Origin: an uncultured Draconibacterium sp.
GTDB lineage: Bacteria; Bacteroidota; Bacteroidia; Bacteroidales; UBA12170
Length of the DNA stretch: 64,000 bases
Reading direction: 5' to 3'
NCBI GenBank assembly: GCA_964293475.1
Contig: CAXYYJ010000014.1
Location: 14,973 to 78,972, forward strand
The position numbers and the translations under genes are program-made. Positions 18,130 through 27,384 of this stretch are shown here, one piece after another. The stretch's first letter is position 1. Each line of letters starts with the position of its first letter. Under the pieces are notes generated by a model. That model made no database searches. It was not told where the DNA came from and saw only the letters and a program-made list of their open reading frames with translations.

Positions 18130-19623
18130 ATGCGCAGGCAATCCATGAATTTCAGAATGATTTTTAGGATCATTAGTCTGCTCTTAATTCAGGTTGGACT
18201 TGCCATGCTCACAGCTTTAGCCTTCTCGCTCTATTACCATCCTGAGGGAATTCACGATTTTCAACTTTTTAAAGGCACTTCTGAGTTTTATCCCATTTTG
18301 ATGGCCGGGTTACTAACTGTTCTGGTGGGTGCTTTGGGAGCATTTGTTAACCGGAACGCGCCAAAAACCACCACCCGAAAAGAAGCCTATCTTGTGGTTA
18401 CTTTTAGCTGGATTGCCATTTCGTTTTTTGGGAGTCTGCCCTTCTATTTTAGTGGTTATTTTAATTCGTTCACCGATTGTTTTTTTGAAACAATTTCGGG
18501 CTTTACAACTACTGGAGCCAGTATTTTAACCGACATTGAAGTGATACCTCATGGCTTGCTTTATTGGCGTTCGCTAACCCATTGGCTTGGGGGAATGGGA
18601 GTTATAGTTCTCTCCTTAGCTATTTTGCCCTTGCTTGGAATCGGGGGAATGCAGCTTTTTTCCGCTGAAGCGCCAGGACCCACAGCCGATAAAATCCATC
18701 CCAAAGTAAAAGAAATGGCAAAACGCCTTTGGGGAATTTATACTTTGGTAACCATAGTGCTCATCGGCTTGTTGATGTTGGGCGAAATGAATTTTTTCGA
18801 TGCCATTTGTCATGCTTACGCCACCATGGGAACCGGTGGATTTTCCACAAAGAATGCAAGTATCATAAATTTTTCAGCATATACTCAATATGTAATTATC
18901 TTTTTTATGATGGTAGCTGGTACAAATTTTAACCTGGTTTACTTTGGTTTGAAGAGAAAGTTTAGCAAAATAAGAAGCAATGAGGAGTTCTTATTTTATA
19001 TCGCCATTATTGCCATTTCAACACTGTTTATCACCGCTGTTTTGTGGTTTCAGGAAGGAATGGCTATTGAAAAGACTTTTCGCGATAGCTTGTTTCAGGT
19101 GGTCTCAATTATAACCACTACAGGATTTGTAAGCTCCGATTATTTATTGTGGCCCTCGCAATTGTGGGTGGTGTTATTTTTGCTGTTTTTTGTTGGAGGG
19201 AGTGCAGGTAGTACAGGCGGCGGGGTAAAGGTAATCCGTATCTTGCTCTTGATTAAAAATAGTCTGCTAGAGTTTAGGCGACTCATTCATCCCCAGGCCA
19301 TTATACCTGTTCGGCTCAACGGGAAACCCGTAGCTTCAAATACCATATTTTTGGTGTTCTCGTTTTTCCTTTTTTATATTTCAACTTTTGTATTTGGGGT
19401 GGTATTGCTGATGCTTGTTAATATGGATTTTGTTTCCGCGATTGGAGCATCTGCCTCAGCATTGGGAAATATTGGTCCCGGATTAGGCAGTGTTGGTCCA
19501 GTATTTAATTATGCCCATATTCCAGCTTTTGGTAAGTGGGTTTTATCTGCACTCATGCTTTTGGGTCGATTAGAGCTATTTACTGTCCTTATCATATTTT
19601 CCCCCACCTTCTGGCGAAAATAA
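18130..19623 (+). CDS. trkH: Trk potassium uptake membrane subunit TrkH
   Basis: FETISGFTTTGAS, WLGGMG, TGGFS, TTTGF, GSTGGGVK, LGNIGPG, LGRLE motifs; many TM helices. Confidence 0.95.
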   Translation: MRRQSMNFRMIFRIISLLLIQVGLAMLTALAFSLYYHPEGIHDFQLFKGTSEFYPILMAGLLTVLVGALGAFVNRNAPKTTTRKEAYLVVTFSWIAISFFGSLPFYFSGYFNSFTDCFFETISGFTTTGASILTDIEVIPHGLLYWRSLTHWLGGMGVIVLSLAILPLLGIGGMQLFSAEAPGPTADKIHPKVKEMAKRLWGIYTLVTIVLIGLLMLGEMNFFDAICHAYATMGTGGFSTKNASIINFSAYTQYVIIFFMMVAGTNFNLVYFGLKRKFSKIRSNEEFLFYIAIIAISTLFITAVLWFQEGMAIEKTFRDSLFQVVSIITTTGFVSSDYLLWPSQLWVVLFLLFFVGGSAGSTGGGVKVIRILLLIKNSLLEFRRLIHPQAIIPVRLNGKPVASNTIFLVFSFFLFYISTFVFGVVLLMLVNMDFVSAIGASASALGNIGPGLGSVGPVFNYAHIPAFGKWVLSALMLLGRLELFTVLIIFSPTFWRK

Positions 19624-19765
19624 ACCCCTCCCATATTTTAAATTACGCTACTCGTTGTGTTATAAATTGGCTGATTTACTGATTTTGGTCTTGCCTCAAC
19701 CAGTATAATAGTGCTTTAGACTAAGTTCTTGAATTACAATATATTGATTTTCAATTATTGGATAA

Positions 19766-22060
19766 TTATTTTATCAGAATTAGTTTTTTGCAGCTCAGAT
19801 AACTATCTATTTTCATGCAAACAAAATAAACGCCCGATGATAATTGGGACAAATATTGTTCAGGTATCTTAAAAGAAAATATACCTGGCTGAAATTCTGA
19901 TTCTGAAAATATTATTATTTCTTTATTGCCTGAGGCATCTTTTATTGACAATTCTATATTTGACGATTGTTCAAAGAAGGCAGAAATAGTAATCTGGTCT
20001 TTGGCCGGATTTGGATACATATTGAATGAATTACCTTTTTGAATATCGAAAGAATTGCCTGCTATAATTTGCCCACCTTCCAAAAGTGTGTAGGTGTTAT
20101 TTACATCGAGGTCTTTAAAGGTTTCGTATATTGGTGGGCTTACAGGCCATTTCACAACAACAGAATCAATTGTTGAATCACCAAGGCCAAAATGCAGGGT
20201 ATAAGGATCTCCCATCCTGGCTCCCCGACCTGTATAAACTTCTCGGGTGAGAATTTGACCGCCGGCATAAACTGTTGCCCGGGCACCAAGTGAATAGGTA
20301 TTCCCACTGGATGATTGAAGCAAGAGCTTGATATAATGGTTGTTTCCGGGAGCATTGTTTTTGAATAAAGTAACATATCTGTTATACTGTCCGGTAACAA
20401 GGTCAAGTTTGCCATCGTTGTTAAAATCAAACATTAAAGCATCTTCTCCAGTATTGTAATATTGATTTGGTAAATAGTATTGCGTTTTGAGTTCGAATTT
20501 GTGATCTGACTTCTGAATATACAAATCGGAGAATCTGCAGTTGTAAAAATTTGTAATGTAAAAGTCGAGGAGCCCATCGTTGTCCACATCGCCAAAAACA
20601 GCCCCTGCATGGGTTTCTTCAAACTCAATATCATCATCTGTTGTGGGACTGCCAATTAGGTCTGTAAATTGGTAATCCGGGGGGCCTTCATTCCGATAAA
20701 TTGTTGTGCCTCTGTGGTCATAAAGTACAGCATATGAAGGGTGTGCAAACTGAGGCAGTAACAAATCCATATCCCCGTCATTATCATAATCGGCCCATGC
20801 TACACCAGTGCCATGATTGGAGCCCGTTGCGTTTACATCAATCCCTTTTTCCGCGATAATATTCGTAAACGTTCCGTTACCGTTGTTGTGCCAGAATTCA
20901 TCTCTTTCAAGATAGTAGTTTGTAACAAATAGGTCTTGAAACCCATCATCGTTGTAATCAACAAATTGAGAAGCCCTTGTTCGGCGTAGATTCTGATCTG
21001 ATGTAGAATAAAGCGTGGTGGTGATATCGGTTAAAGTAAAATCACCATTGTTTTTGTAAAAATAATTAGGAAGAGGGCTGGGGTATGTTTTCCACAATCT
21101 GCCAATAAAAAGATCCGGAAATTTATCATTATCAATATCAGCTACGCTAAATGTTTGGGTGCCATCGTAGCCATAACTTACGCTGGATGTGGCAGCACAA
21201 AAATGAGTAAAAGTTTCATCGCCATTGTTCCGATAAATGATAACAGAATCAATTAAAACGAAAACAATATCAAGAAGCCCGTCGTTGTTCATATCGGCAA
21301 AGGCACTGGCATAGGGGTTGCCAGTAATGCCTGCCGATTCAGTAATATTTACAAAAGTGCCATTCTCGTTTTTATATAGCAGATTTCTGCGGATAAAATC
21401 ATCCCATCCATCATTGTTAAAATCTCCTACCGATGCCCCGCGGTTTGAATAGTCATCAGAAAGAATGCCGCTCGCGCTGGTATATTCTTCGAAATATGAA
21501 GGGTAAGGAATAGATTCATAGTCAATAATAACATCAATTTTAAAAGCATTTGTTCTATAAGTGGTTGTTCCGGCATTGTTTTGCAGATACTCGAAATAAA
21601 AATCTCCCCCGCTGGACCCGGCAAGACAGAAAGGGGGGTAGTCCACATTATCCGATGCAAGCATTGCCCCGTTCTGAAAATTGTCGATCCAGATAAAAAA
21701 TTGATTGTTATCGACATGCACTGGCGATGGCAAGGTGATTATTATATTTTCATCTCCTGCCATTGTCTTTTGAATTGTTATAGGGGTGGTTAAATTCTGT
21801 TTTAATTGGGGAATTATATTACCCCCTTCATGTCCGTAAATATTCAGAATCGCAGAACCGTCAGGATTATCACCCCCCAGAGTGATTATCAGCGAAATTA
21901 TATTCCCCGGATTGGGTAAATTAAACCGAGCAATCTGATTGGGATACGTCTGATAATAAATAGATGGAGTTCCAGGGGTATAGTGTCTGAGGGTGTCAAT
22001 AGACGAAAAAGCGGGTGAGCTTAAGAGAGCTACGAGCAAGGCAAATATAAATTTTTTCAT
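19766..22060 (-). CDS. FG-GAP-repeat / CRTAC1-like protein with ASPIC/UnbV domain and T9SS CTD
   Basis: Repeated (G/A)D(F/Y/M/V/I)(N/D)NDG..DL Ca-binding loops; LGARATV...LHFGLGD..IDSVVVKWP (ASPIC/UnbV); MYPNP...GVYFV..KKLILIK CTD. Confidence 0.85.
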   Translation of the reverse strand: MKKFIFALLVALLSSPAFSSIDTLRHYTPGTPSIYYQTYPNQIARFNLPNPGNIISLIITLGGDNPDGSAILNIYGHEGGNIIPQLKQNLTTPITIQKTMAGDENIIITLPSPVHVDNNQFFIWIDNFQNGAMLASDNVDYPPFCLAGSSGGDFYFEYLQNNAGTTTYRTNAFKIDVIIDYESIPYPSYFEEYTSASGILSDDYSNRGASVGDFNNDGWDDFIRRNLLYKNENGTFVNITESAGITGNPYASAFADMNNDGLLDIVFVLIDSVIIYRNNGDETFTHFCAATSSVSYGYDGTQTFSVADIDNDKFPDLFIGRLWKTYPSPLPNYFYKNNGDFTLTDITTTLYSTSDQNLRRTRASQFVDYNDDGFQDLFVTNYYLERDEFWHNNGNGTFTNIIAEKGIDVNATGSNHGTGVAWADYDNDGDMDLLLPQFAHPSYAVLYDHRGTTIYRNEGPPDYQFTDLIGSPTTDDDIEFEETHAGAVFGDVDNDGLLDFYITNFYNCRFSDLYIQKSDHKFELKTQYYLPNQYYNTGEDALMFDFNNDGKLDLVTGQYNRYVTLFKNNAPGNNHYIKLLLQSSSGNTYSLGARATVYAGGQILTREVYTGRGARMGDPYTLHFGLGDSTIDSVVVKWPVSPPIYETFKDLDVNNTYTLLEGGQIIAGNSFDIQKGNSFNMYPNPAKDQITISAFFEQSSNIELSIKDASGNKEIIIFSESEFQPGIFSFKIPEQYLSQLSSGVYFVCMKIDSYLSCKKLILIK

Positions 22061-22144
22061 AGGTAAGAGCGGAATTGAAAAGTCAATAGTTATATCTTAT
22101 CCATGCAAAAATAGGTGTCGTCATTTTAGTTAAATTGTAAAAAT

Positions 22145-22993
22145 TTAACCATCACCAAGAAATATCCAGTTAATGGTTCCCTCGTGACTTGATTTAAGTT
22201 TTTTGAAAAATTCCCTTGGCGTATACCCTGTTAATGATTTAAAATCCTTAATCATATGTGATTGGTCGAAATAGCTTGATGCATAGGTTATGTCAGTAAG
22301 ATTATTATGGCAGTTTTCAATAGCCTTTTGATTTAACGCATTCCTGAATCGAACAATTTTTCGGAAATCGGATGGGGTTTTGCCAATATGCTTTTCAAAA
22401 TGCTTTATCAAAGTTTTTTGTGTAATTCTATTCTTTTTGGCAATTTCTGCAATAGATAATTCATCATTATTTGGTAACAGCATATCGTTGAGAGCCTGAA
22501 AGAGAAATGGGTGATTTACGCCTTTCAATTTGTTCATCCAATAAGTTTCCATTGCAAGAATCTTTTCCCCATCATTTTGAAGTTGCATAACCGATTTCAT
22601 GTTTTCCAGATAGTCGTCGAAGGGAATAAAATTGTCGTTTATAACTTTATTATTCGCATAGTTGATAATAGGATGTGATAGAAATGCATTGAGGCCTAAA
22701 GGTTTAAAGCAAATAGTGATTTCTTTGGCAGCACCGGTATATTCAATTAACAATGGTTGTTTATATCGGACAGCAAGTCCTGATTCAACTTCGTTATTTG
22801 CATCAAATTCAACAATGATTTTGTTACCAATGGCTTTAATAGCAGCGTTTTGACTAATGGATACCATTGAATAAATATTGGGGAATGTTAAATAATGTAT
22901 GACTCCTTCCTCTGCTTGTTTCGTGAGAACATAGAAAAATTCAATGAAATTTTTCAAAATAATATTGGATGGTTTGAATAGCTGTATCTGCAT
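22145..22993 (-). CDS. AraC-family transcriptional regulator
   Basis: C-terminal double HTH: LSIAEIAKK...LIKHFEKHIGKTPSDF and LTDITYASSYFDQSHMIKDFKSLTGYTP. Confidence 0.9.
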   Translation of the reverse strand: MQIQLFKPSNIILKNFIEFFYVLTKQAEEGVIHYLTFPNIYSMVSISQNAAIKAIGNKIIVEFDANNEVESGLAVRYKQPLLIEYTGAAKEITICFKPLGLNAFLSHPIINYANNKVINDNFIPFDDYLENMKSVMQLQNDGEKILAMETYWMNKLKGVNHPFLFQALNDMLLPNNDELSIAEIAKKNRITQKTLIKHFEKHIGKTPSDFRKIVRFRNALNQKAIENCHNNLTDITYASSYFDQSHMIKDFKSLTGYTPREFFKKLKSSHEGTINWIFLGDG

Positions 22994-23115
22994 ATCTTAT
23001 TGAGCAAGTATCTTATGAATGAGCTCACTGTTGTAAAATCGGATTAGAAAAACCAATAAGGATTCTAATAATGCGATTGGTAAAGTAATCATTAAATTAA
23101 GCTGATGAACGTTAA

Positions 23116-23160
23116 AAAAAAGACTTAAGCATCAAATCATAGGGTTTTTTAAGTCCTTTT
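23116..23160. terminator. Terminator-like imperfect hairpin upstream of the AraC gene
   Basis: AAAAAAAAGACTTAAG...TTTAAGTCCTTTTT, imperfect and with a long loop. Confidence 0.4.
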
Positions 23161-23469
23161 TAATAATCAAAGCCAAGACAAAAATAAGAAAATAAATTTT
23201 GCAAGGTGCCTGAATTATAAAGAGGAAAGGTACTTGTTTCAGATGATATGCATTGCAAGTTGAATATATGCATCAGACGAACCTGAGTAATTACGTGGTT
23301 TTTTATGGTTAATGAATTATATAAATTTCAGTCAAAGCTGAATGCTTTTTCCATTTTTTCTTATTTAAATTAGGACAAAATGGGCTTTTTATACTTAAAA
23401 ACGACAATATGGCATTTTGTAATTGTTATAAAGTGACATAATGGCGCAATAAATTCTAAATATTACCAC

Positions 23470-23484
23470 TGGCACAGGAATTGA
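23470..23484 (+). promoter_or_regulatory. Sigma54-like -24/-12 promoter of hsp20 (TGGCACAGGAATTGA)
   Basis: CTGGCAC-N5-TTGA, GG-N10-GA spacing; mirrors the dnaK element. Confidence 0.65.
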
Positions 23485-23540
23485 AAATCTCCCATCAGAA
23501 ATGAAAACAAAAAAAAGTAATAAACAAACAAAATAAAAAC

Positions 23541-23546
23541 AGGAGG
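23541..23546 (+). promoter_or_regulatory. Shine-Dalgarno site AGGAGG of hsp20
   Basis: 5 nt before ATG 23552 (8 nt before ATG 23555). Confidence 0.6.
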
Positions 23547-23551
23547 TTATT

Positions 23552-23968
23552 ATGATGAATTTAGTTAGAGTGCACAGAAATCCCTTATTCTCAGAATTAT
23601 TCAACGAGATGTGGAACAATTTCGAAACCGAAACCAAAGTAAAGCCAGCTGCCAACATTTTAGAAAGCGAAAAAGAATATACCATACAAGTAGCTTTGCC
23701 AGGCTGGTCGAAAAATGATGTAAAGGTTGAAATTGACAAAGATTTACTCACTTTGTCCGGAAATGCTGTAGAAACCAGAGAAAATAAAGAGGAAGGTTTT
23801 TTACGCAAAGAGTTTAAACTTGCTTCTTTTGAGCGAAGCTTCACACTTCCCAAAGAGATTGATCACAAAAGCATCAAAGCTGAACACCGTGATGGAATTC
23901 TCGAAATCGTTATTCCCAAGGATTTGGAAGAGCGTGAAAAAATGAAACGATTGATTGAAGTGAAGTAA
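23552..23968 (+). CDS. Small heat-shock protein (Hsp20/alpha-crystallin family)
   Basis: PAANILE, VALPGWSK.DVKV, F.RSFTLPKEID...I.AE..DGILEI.IPK. Confidence 0.95.
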   Translation: MMNLVRVHRNPLFSELFNEMWNNFETETKVKPAANILESEKEYTIQVALPGWSKNDVKVEIDKDLLTLSGNAVETRENKEEGFLRKEFKLASFERSFTLPKEIDHKSIKAEHRDGILEIVIPKDLEEREKMKRLIEVK

Positions 23969-23970
23969 TC

Positions 23971-24003
23971 AAAAAAAAGCGCCGTATTCCGGCGCTTTTT
24001 TTT
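23971..24003. terminator. Bidirectional intrinsic terminator
   Basis: AAAAAAAAGCGCCG-TATTC-CGGCGCTTTTTTTT. Confidence 0.9.
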
Positions 24004-24012
24004 GCCTTAAAT

Positions 24013-26676
24013 CTATAATTCGTGTTTGGAAACCGAACGGTTATGTCCAATGATTACCGAAGCCCTGTTTTGTGAAACATCTACAATATATCCCAGACTT
24101 CCTTCAATGGTTTTGTTCATAAATCCCCTGGAGTCAAATAGATAGAGTTGCCCGCCAATGCTATCAAGAACAGTAAGAATCTTTTCCCCGGAAATATTAA
24201 ACATTTGAGGCTTTGTAACAATTTCATGCTCGAAAACATAGGTGTAAATAGGGTTTTTGTCCTTATCAAATACCTGTAATTGTTGCCCGTCAACAAAAAT
24301 GAAATTGTATGGAGCAGCGGAACTAAACTGGTCGTAGAGAAAAAAGTGATTGGGCGAAAACTTCCCGAAATCATCTGATTTTATGGCTCCTTTTTCCGGA
24401 ATAAACGCAATTTTTCCATCGGAGCTGGTAGTTAAAAGATGTCCTGGATGGGTGTTTTGTCCGCTGTAAAAATCAGAGCCCAATGCATTTTGAAAAGATT
24501 GTTTGATTTCCATGCGAATGTTTCCTTTTCTATCGTAGAAAAATACATTCCCGTTATCGGCTTCGGCAATTAAATAATCTTTGTTGGCTGTTACCAAATG
24601 TTTTATGGGTTTAACAATTTTTCGGCGGGTGTTTTTCGCTTTCCAGTCTTTTAGAAGTCTTCCGTTTTTCTGATAGTTATATATTTCTCCATTCTGGCAG
24701 GGGATGAAAATTCGATAATCCTTGTTATTGCTATAATCCACCACCGACAGCCCGGCACTGGCTTCACTGTTGAGTTTCACAGGATAATTGTCCACAAGCT
24801 CGCCGGTTAGGTCAACAAGATAAAGATAGTTTTCGGTGTTAAAAAGATACTGAATTTTGCCATTTTTGTAAAAGTCAATTTGATAAACCTGACTCATGGC
24901 ATTTTCTTCGAGCTGCTTTTTCCATACCACATCTCCTTGTTCGTTAATGAGATACATTTGCCTAAAATCATCAAATACGATATACTTATGCGTCCCATCT
25001 GTATGATCGGTGATAATGCTGGGCGATAGAATCATTTTACTATCGAGAAGCACTTGCCATTGCGAGGTGTTTTGGGTTCTTTTTCCATCAAATCCGCCAT
25101 AAATGCTCGTATAAACCATATTGTTTTTCCAGTTGAACTGGGCACTAAAACCACTCAAATCGTTTTTAAATAAAGTGCATGATGTCAAGCTTTCCACAAG
25201 CAACTCATCAAGTCCAGGCAATATTTGTAAAGGAGTTTTGGGGGAATTTAGGAAATAAGTGAAGTTGGAGTTTTTCGACAGGTTGTCGGAAAAGGCGATG
25301 TACGATTCGTTTTTTTGAAGTATATAGCCCTGTTCGAGCAAATCCACATATTCCATTAATTCGCTGGTGCTACGGGCAAAGATGATCATATCTTCCACCA
25401 CGGAGAAATATGTTTTTTCGAAATTTTTAAACCAGGGACCAAATTGAGCAGCCAGAAACCAGGGGAAATTTATCTCTTTGATTTTGTAGTTCTTATATTC
25501 CAGACTAATAATTTCGGGCTGCGAAAGATGGGCAATTTCCGAAAGACTTAAAAAGCTTTCCTGTCCTTTTTTCGCCAAAAACACGCCATATTCCTTGTTT
25601 CTGTCGGTTTGTACCCAGGCCATTTCTCCTGCCCACCAACTTTCGGTTATGGCAGCAATGTCTTTTGTGAGTTGTTTTTGTATCAATTCCCCTGACTGGA
25701 AAATTTGCTGATATAAACCAGTTGCCTGCATATAGCCTTTCCAGCGCTGCAAAAACAGGTTATAATCGCTGATGCTCAGATGATAAAACCCGCTGGTACC
25801 ATAGGGAAAATGGTCGGAGATAGTCATGCCAACCGATTTTTGATTTTCCAAAATGCTCAGGAATGAGGTACTGTTTTTTTGGGGAATGCTGTATCCATTC
25901 AGAAATATTTCATTGGCATTGATGCTGAGGTCAAGTCCTGCCCAAAGTGCAATTGAATTGGCTTTCTTCCATATATTTTGTTCCGAATCGTTAGCCACAA
26001 GGGGTAACAAACTCTGGAGTTCCTGAAAGTTAAGGTAAACATGGGCATCCGAACGTTTGCCACTCACCTTCAAAAGCTCCTGAAAATCGGCTGATTGAGT
26101 GAAGGTATTTGGTTTTTGTGTTAAGCTAAGAGCTTCCAAAGCCAGTTTTGAAGACGAAGAAACGAAATACCAGCCTTTATTTTCGCTCAGGAAAATAGTT
26201 TTTTGAGCGAAGGTGAGCTCTGCAAGCCATTCTCCAGCAATCTCTTTCTCCACGAAAACGGGTTTTGGAGAAACTGAAGGAAGGAGCTCTTCCTGCAATT
26301 CGCCCGGCGAAACTCCTGTGGATGGTAAAATCAGCAGCCAGTCATGTTGATGAAAGGAAAGTAAAAGTGAGGGAACCTCCCAGAGTGCAAAGTTTTCAGT
26401 TTTTGCTTGAATATGCTGCAATACCTGCGGTAGAATTTGGTCATATTCCTGCAGCGAAGGCCACTCTTCGAAGAATTTATTGTAAACATAAGTGCTGTCC
26501 CAGTCGTCGTTAAATTTCTTAAAGTCGGGAATTTCCACAATGAGCGATGCATGATCTGGCACTAGGGTCAAAGGGTCTTTAATGTTTTGAAAAAGAGAAC
26601 GATAAAATAAAAATCCCCCTATAACAAAAACGACAATAATGAGGATAATTATTAAGTATGAGATTTTGTGACTCAT
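24013..26676 (-). CDS. Inner-membrane-anchored periplasmic protein (DUF3352-like N-terminal region, C-terminal beta-propeller-like region)
   Basis: Single N-terminal TM helix; DPLTLVPDHASLIV start; C-terminal repeats such as YLINEQGDVVWK, YLVDLTGELVDNYP, YNYQKNGRLLKDW. Confidence 0.5.
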   Translation of the reverse strand: MSHKISYLIIILIIVVFVIGGFLFYRSLFQNIKDPLTLVPDHASLIVEIPDFKKFNDDWDSTYVYNKFFEEWPSLQEYDQILPQVLQHIQAKTENFALWEVPSLLLSFHQHDWLLILPSTGVSPGELQEELLPSVSPKPVFVEKEIAGEWLAELTFAQKTIFLSENKGWYFVSSSSKLALEALSLTQKPNTFTQSADFQELLKVSGKRSDAHVYLNFQELQSLLPLVANDSEQNIWKKANSIALWAGLDLSINANEIFLNGYSIPQKNSTSFLSILENQKSVGMTISDHFPYGTSGFYHLSISDYNLFLQRWKGYMQATGLYQQIFQSGELIQKQLTKDIAAITESWWAGEMAWVQTDRNKEYGVFLAKKGQESFLSLSEIAHLSQPEIISLEYKNYKIKEINFPWFLAAQFGPWFKNFEKTYFSVVEDMIIFARSTSELMEYVDLLEQGYILQKNESYIAFSDNLSKNSNFTYFLNSPKTPLQILPGLDELLVESLTSCTLFKNDLSGFSAQFNWKNNMVYTSIYGGFDGKRTQNTSQWQVLLDSKMILSPSIITDHTDGTHKYIVFDDFRQMYLINEQGDVVWKKQLEENAMSQVYQIDFYKNGKIQYLFNTENYLYLVDLTGELVDNYPVKLNSEASAGLSVVDYSNNKDYRIFIPCQNGEIYNYQKNGRLLKDWKAKNTRRKIVKPIKHLVTANKDYLIAEADNGNVFFYDRKGNIRMEIKQSFQNALGSDFYSGQNTHPGHLLTTSSDGKIAFIPEKGAIKSDDFGKFSPNHFFLYDQFSSAAPYNFIFVDGQQLQVFDKDKNPIYTYVFEHEIVTKPQMFNISGEKILTVLDSIGGQLYLFDSRGFMNKTIEGSLGYIVDVSQNRASVIIGHNRSVSKHEL

Positions 26677-26843
26677 GATTTATGGAATGTATTTTTATTG
26701 ATGCCTAAATTTACAACGACATCAAGGGCCAGTCACATTAAATATTGAATATCATCAACAAAAACTTGTGAATTACCCGCCAGACCGGCATGGCTTCAAA
26801 ATTCAAAAATCGATCAAGAAAAATCGCAAATTTTCATGTCCGA

Positions 26844-27314
26844 TTAGTCGTGATAAACCCCAAAATGCTTTATCAGAGCAGCTTTTCTGTATTCAAAAAT
26901 CTCAAATATTTTTCTCTTAATCATCACCCGGTTGGCTATATCACCAATAAACCCAAAGGGCGGCTGATAGGTAATCAAATCGCGCATTAAAACGCCTTTT
27001 TTTATGGGCTCTATCATGTGTTGATGATGCCACAACTTGTATGGGCCAATTCGCTGCTCGTCAACAAAGTATTCATAGTCTTTCATGTGGGTTATTTCGG
27101 TCATCCAATCGGTTTTAAACCCGCGAACAGGACTCACCTTATAAGTTATAATCATGCCTTGATACATTTTTTCCGACATGCTTTGAGAGGTAATATCGAA
27201 ACCCATATAAGGCGGTGTAATCTCTTTTAAGTTTCGCGGGGAGGAAATAAAGTCCCAGATTTCAATGATATTGGCATTGATTTTTTGTTCCTGATAAAAT
27301 TGAAAAAAAGCCAT
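26844..27314 (-). CDS. SRPBCC/START-fold protein (cyclase/dehydrase-like)
   Basis: WDFISSPRNLKEITP, W.TEIT....YFVDEQRIGPYKLWHHQH, RDLITYQPPFG, IFEYR. Confidence 0.8.
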   Translation of the reverse strand: MAFFQFYQEQKINANIIEIWDFISSPRNLKEITPPYMGFDITSQSMSEKMYQGMIITYKVSPVRGFKTDWMTEITHMKDYEYFVDEQRIGPYKLWHHQHMIEPIKKGVLMRDLITYQPPFGFIGDIANRVMIKRKIFEIFEYRKAALIKHFGVYHD

Positions 27315-27384
27315 TTTGTCTACGAGTTGATTAGTTAATATTTTAGATGATTAGTTGATATTCAGATGATTATTCCATAGAAAT

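Noticed and set aside
23240-23280. ATATGCAT repeated twice in an imperfect inverted arrangement
   Set aside because: Short, imperfect and in AT-rich non-coding DNA; no second copy elsewhere.
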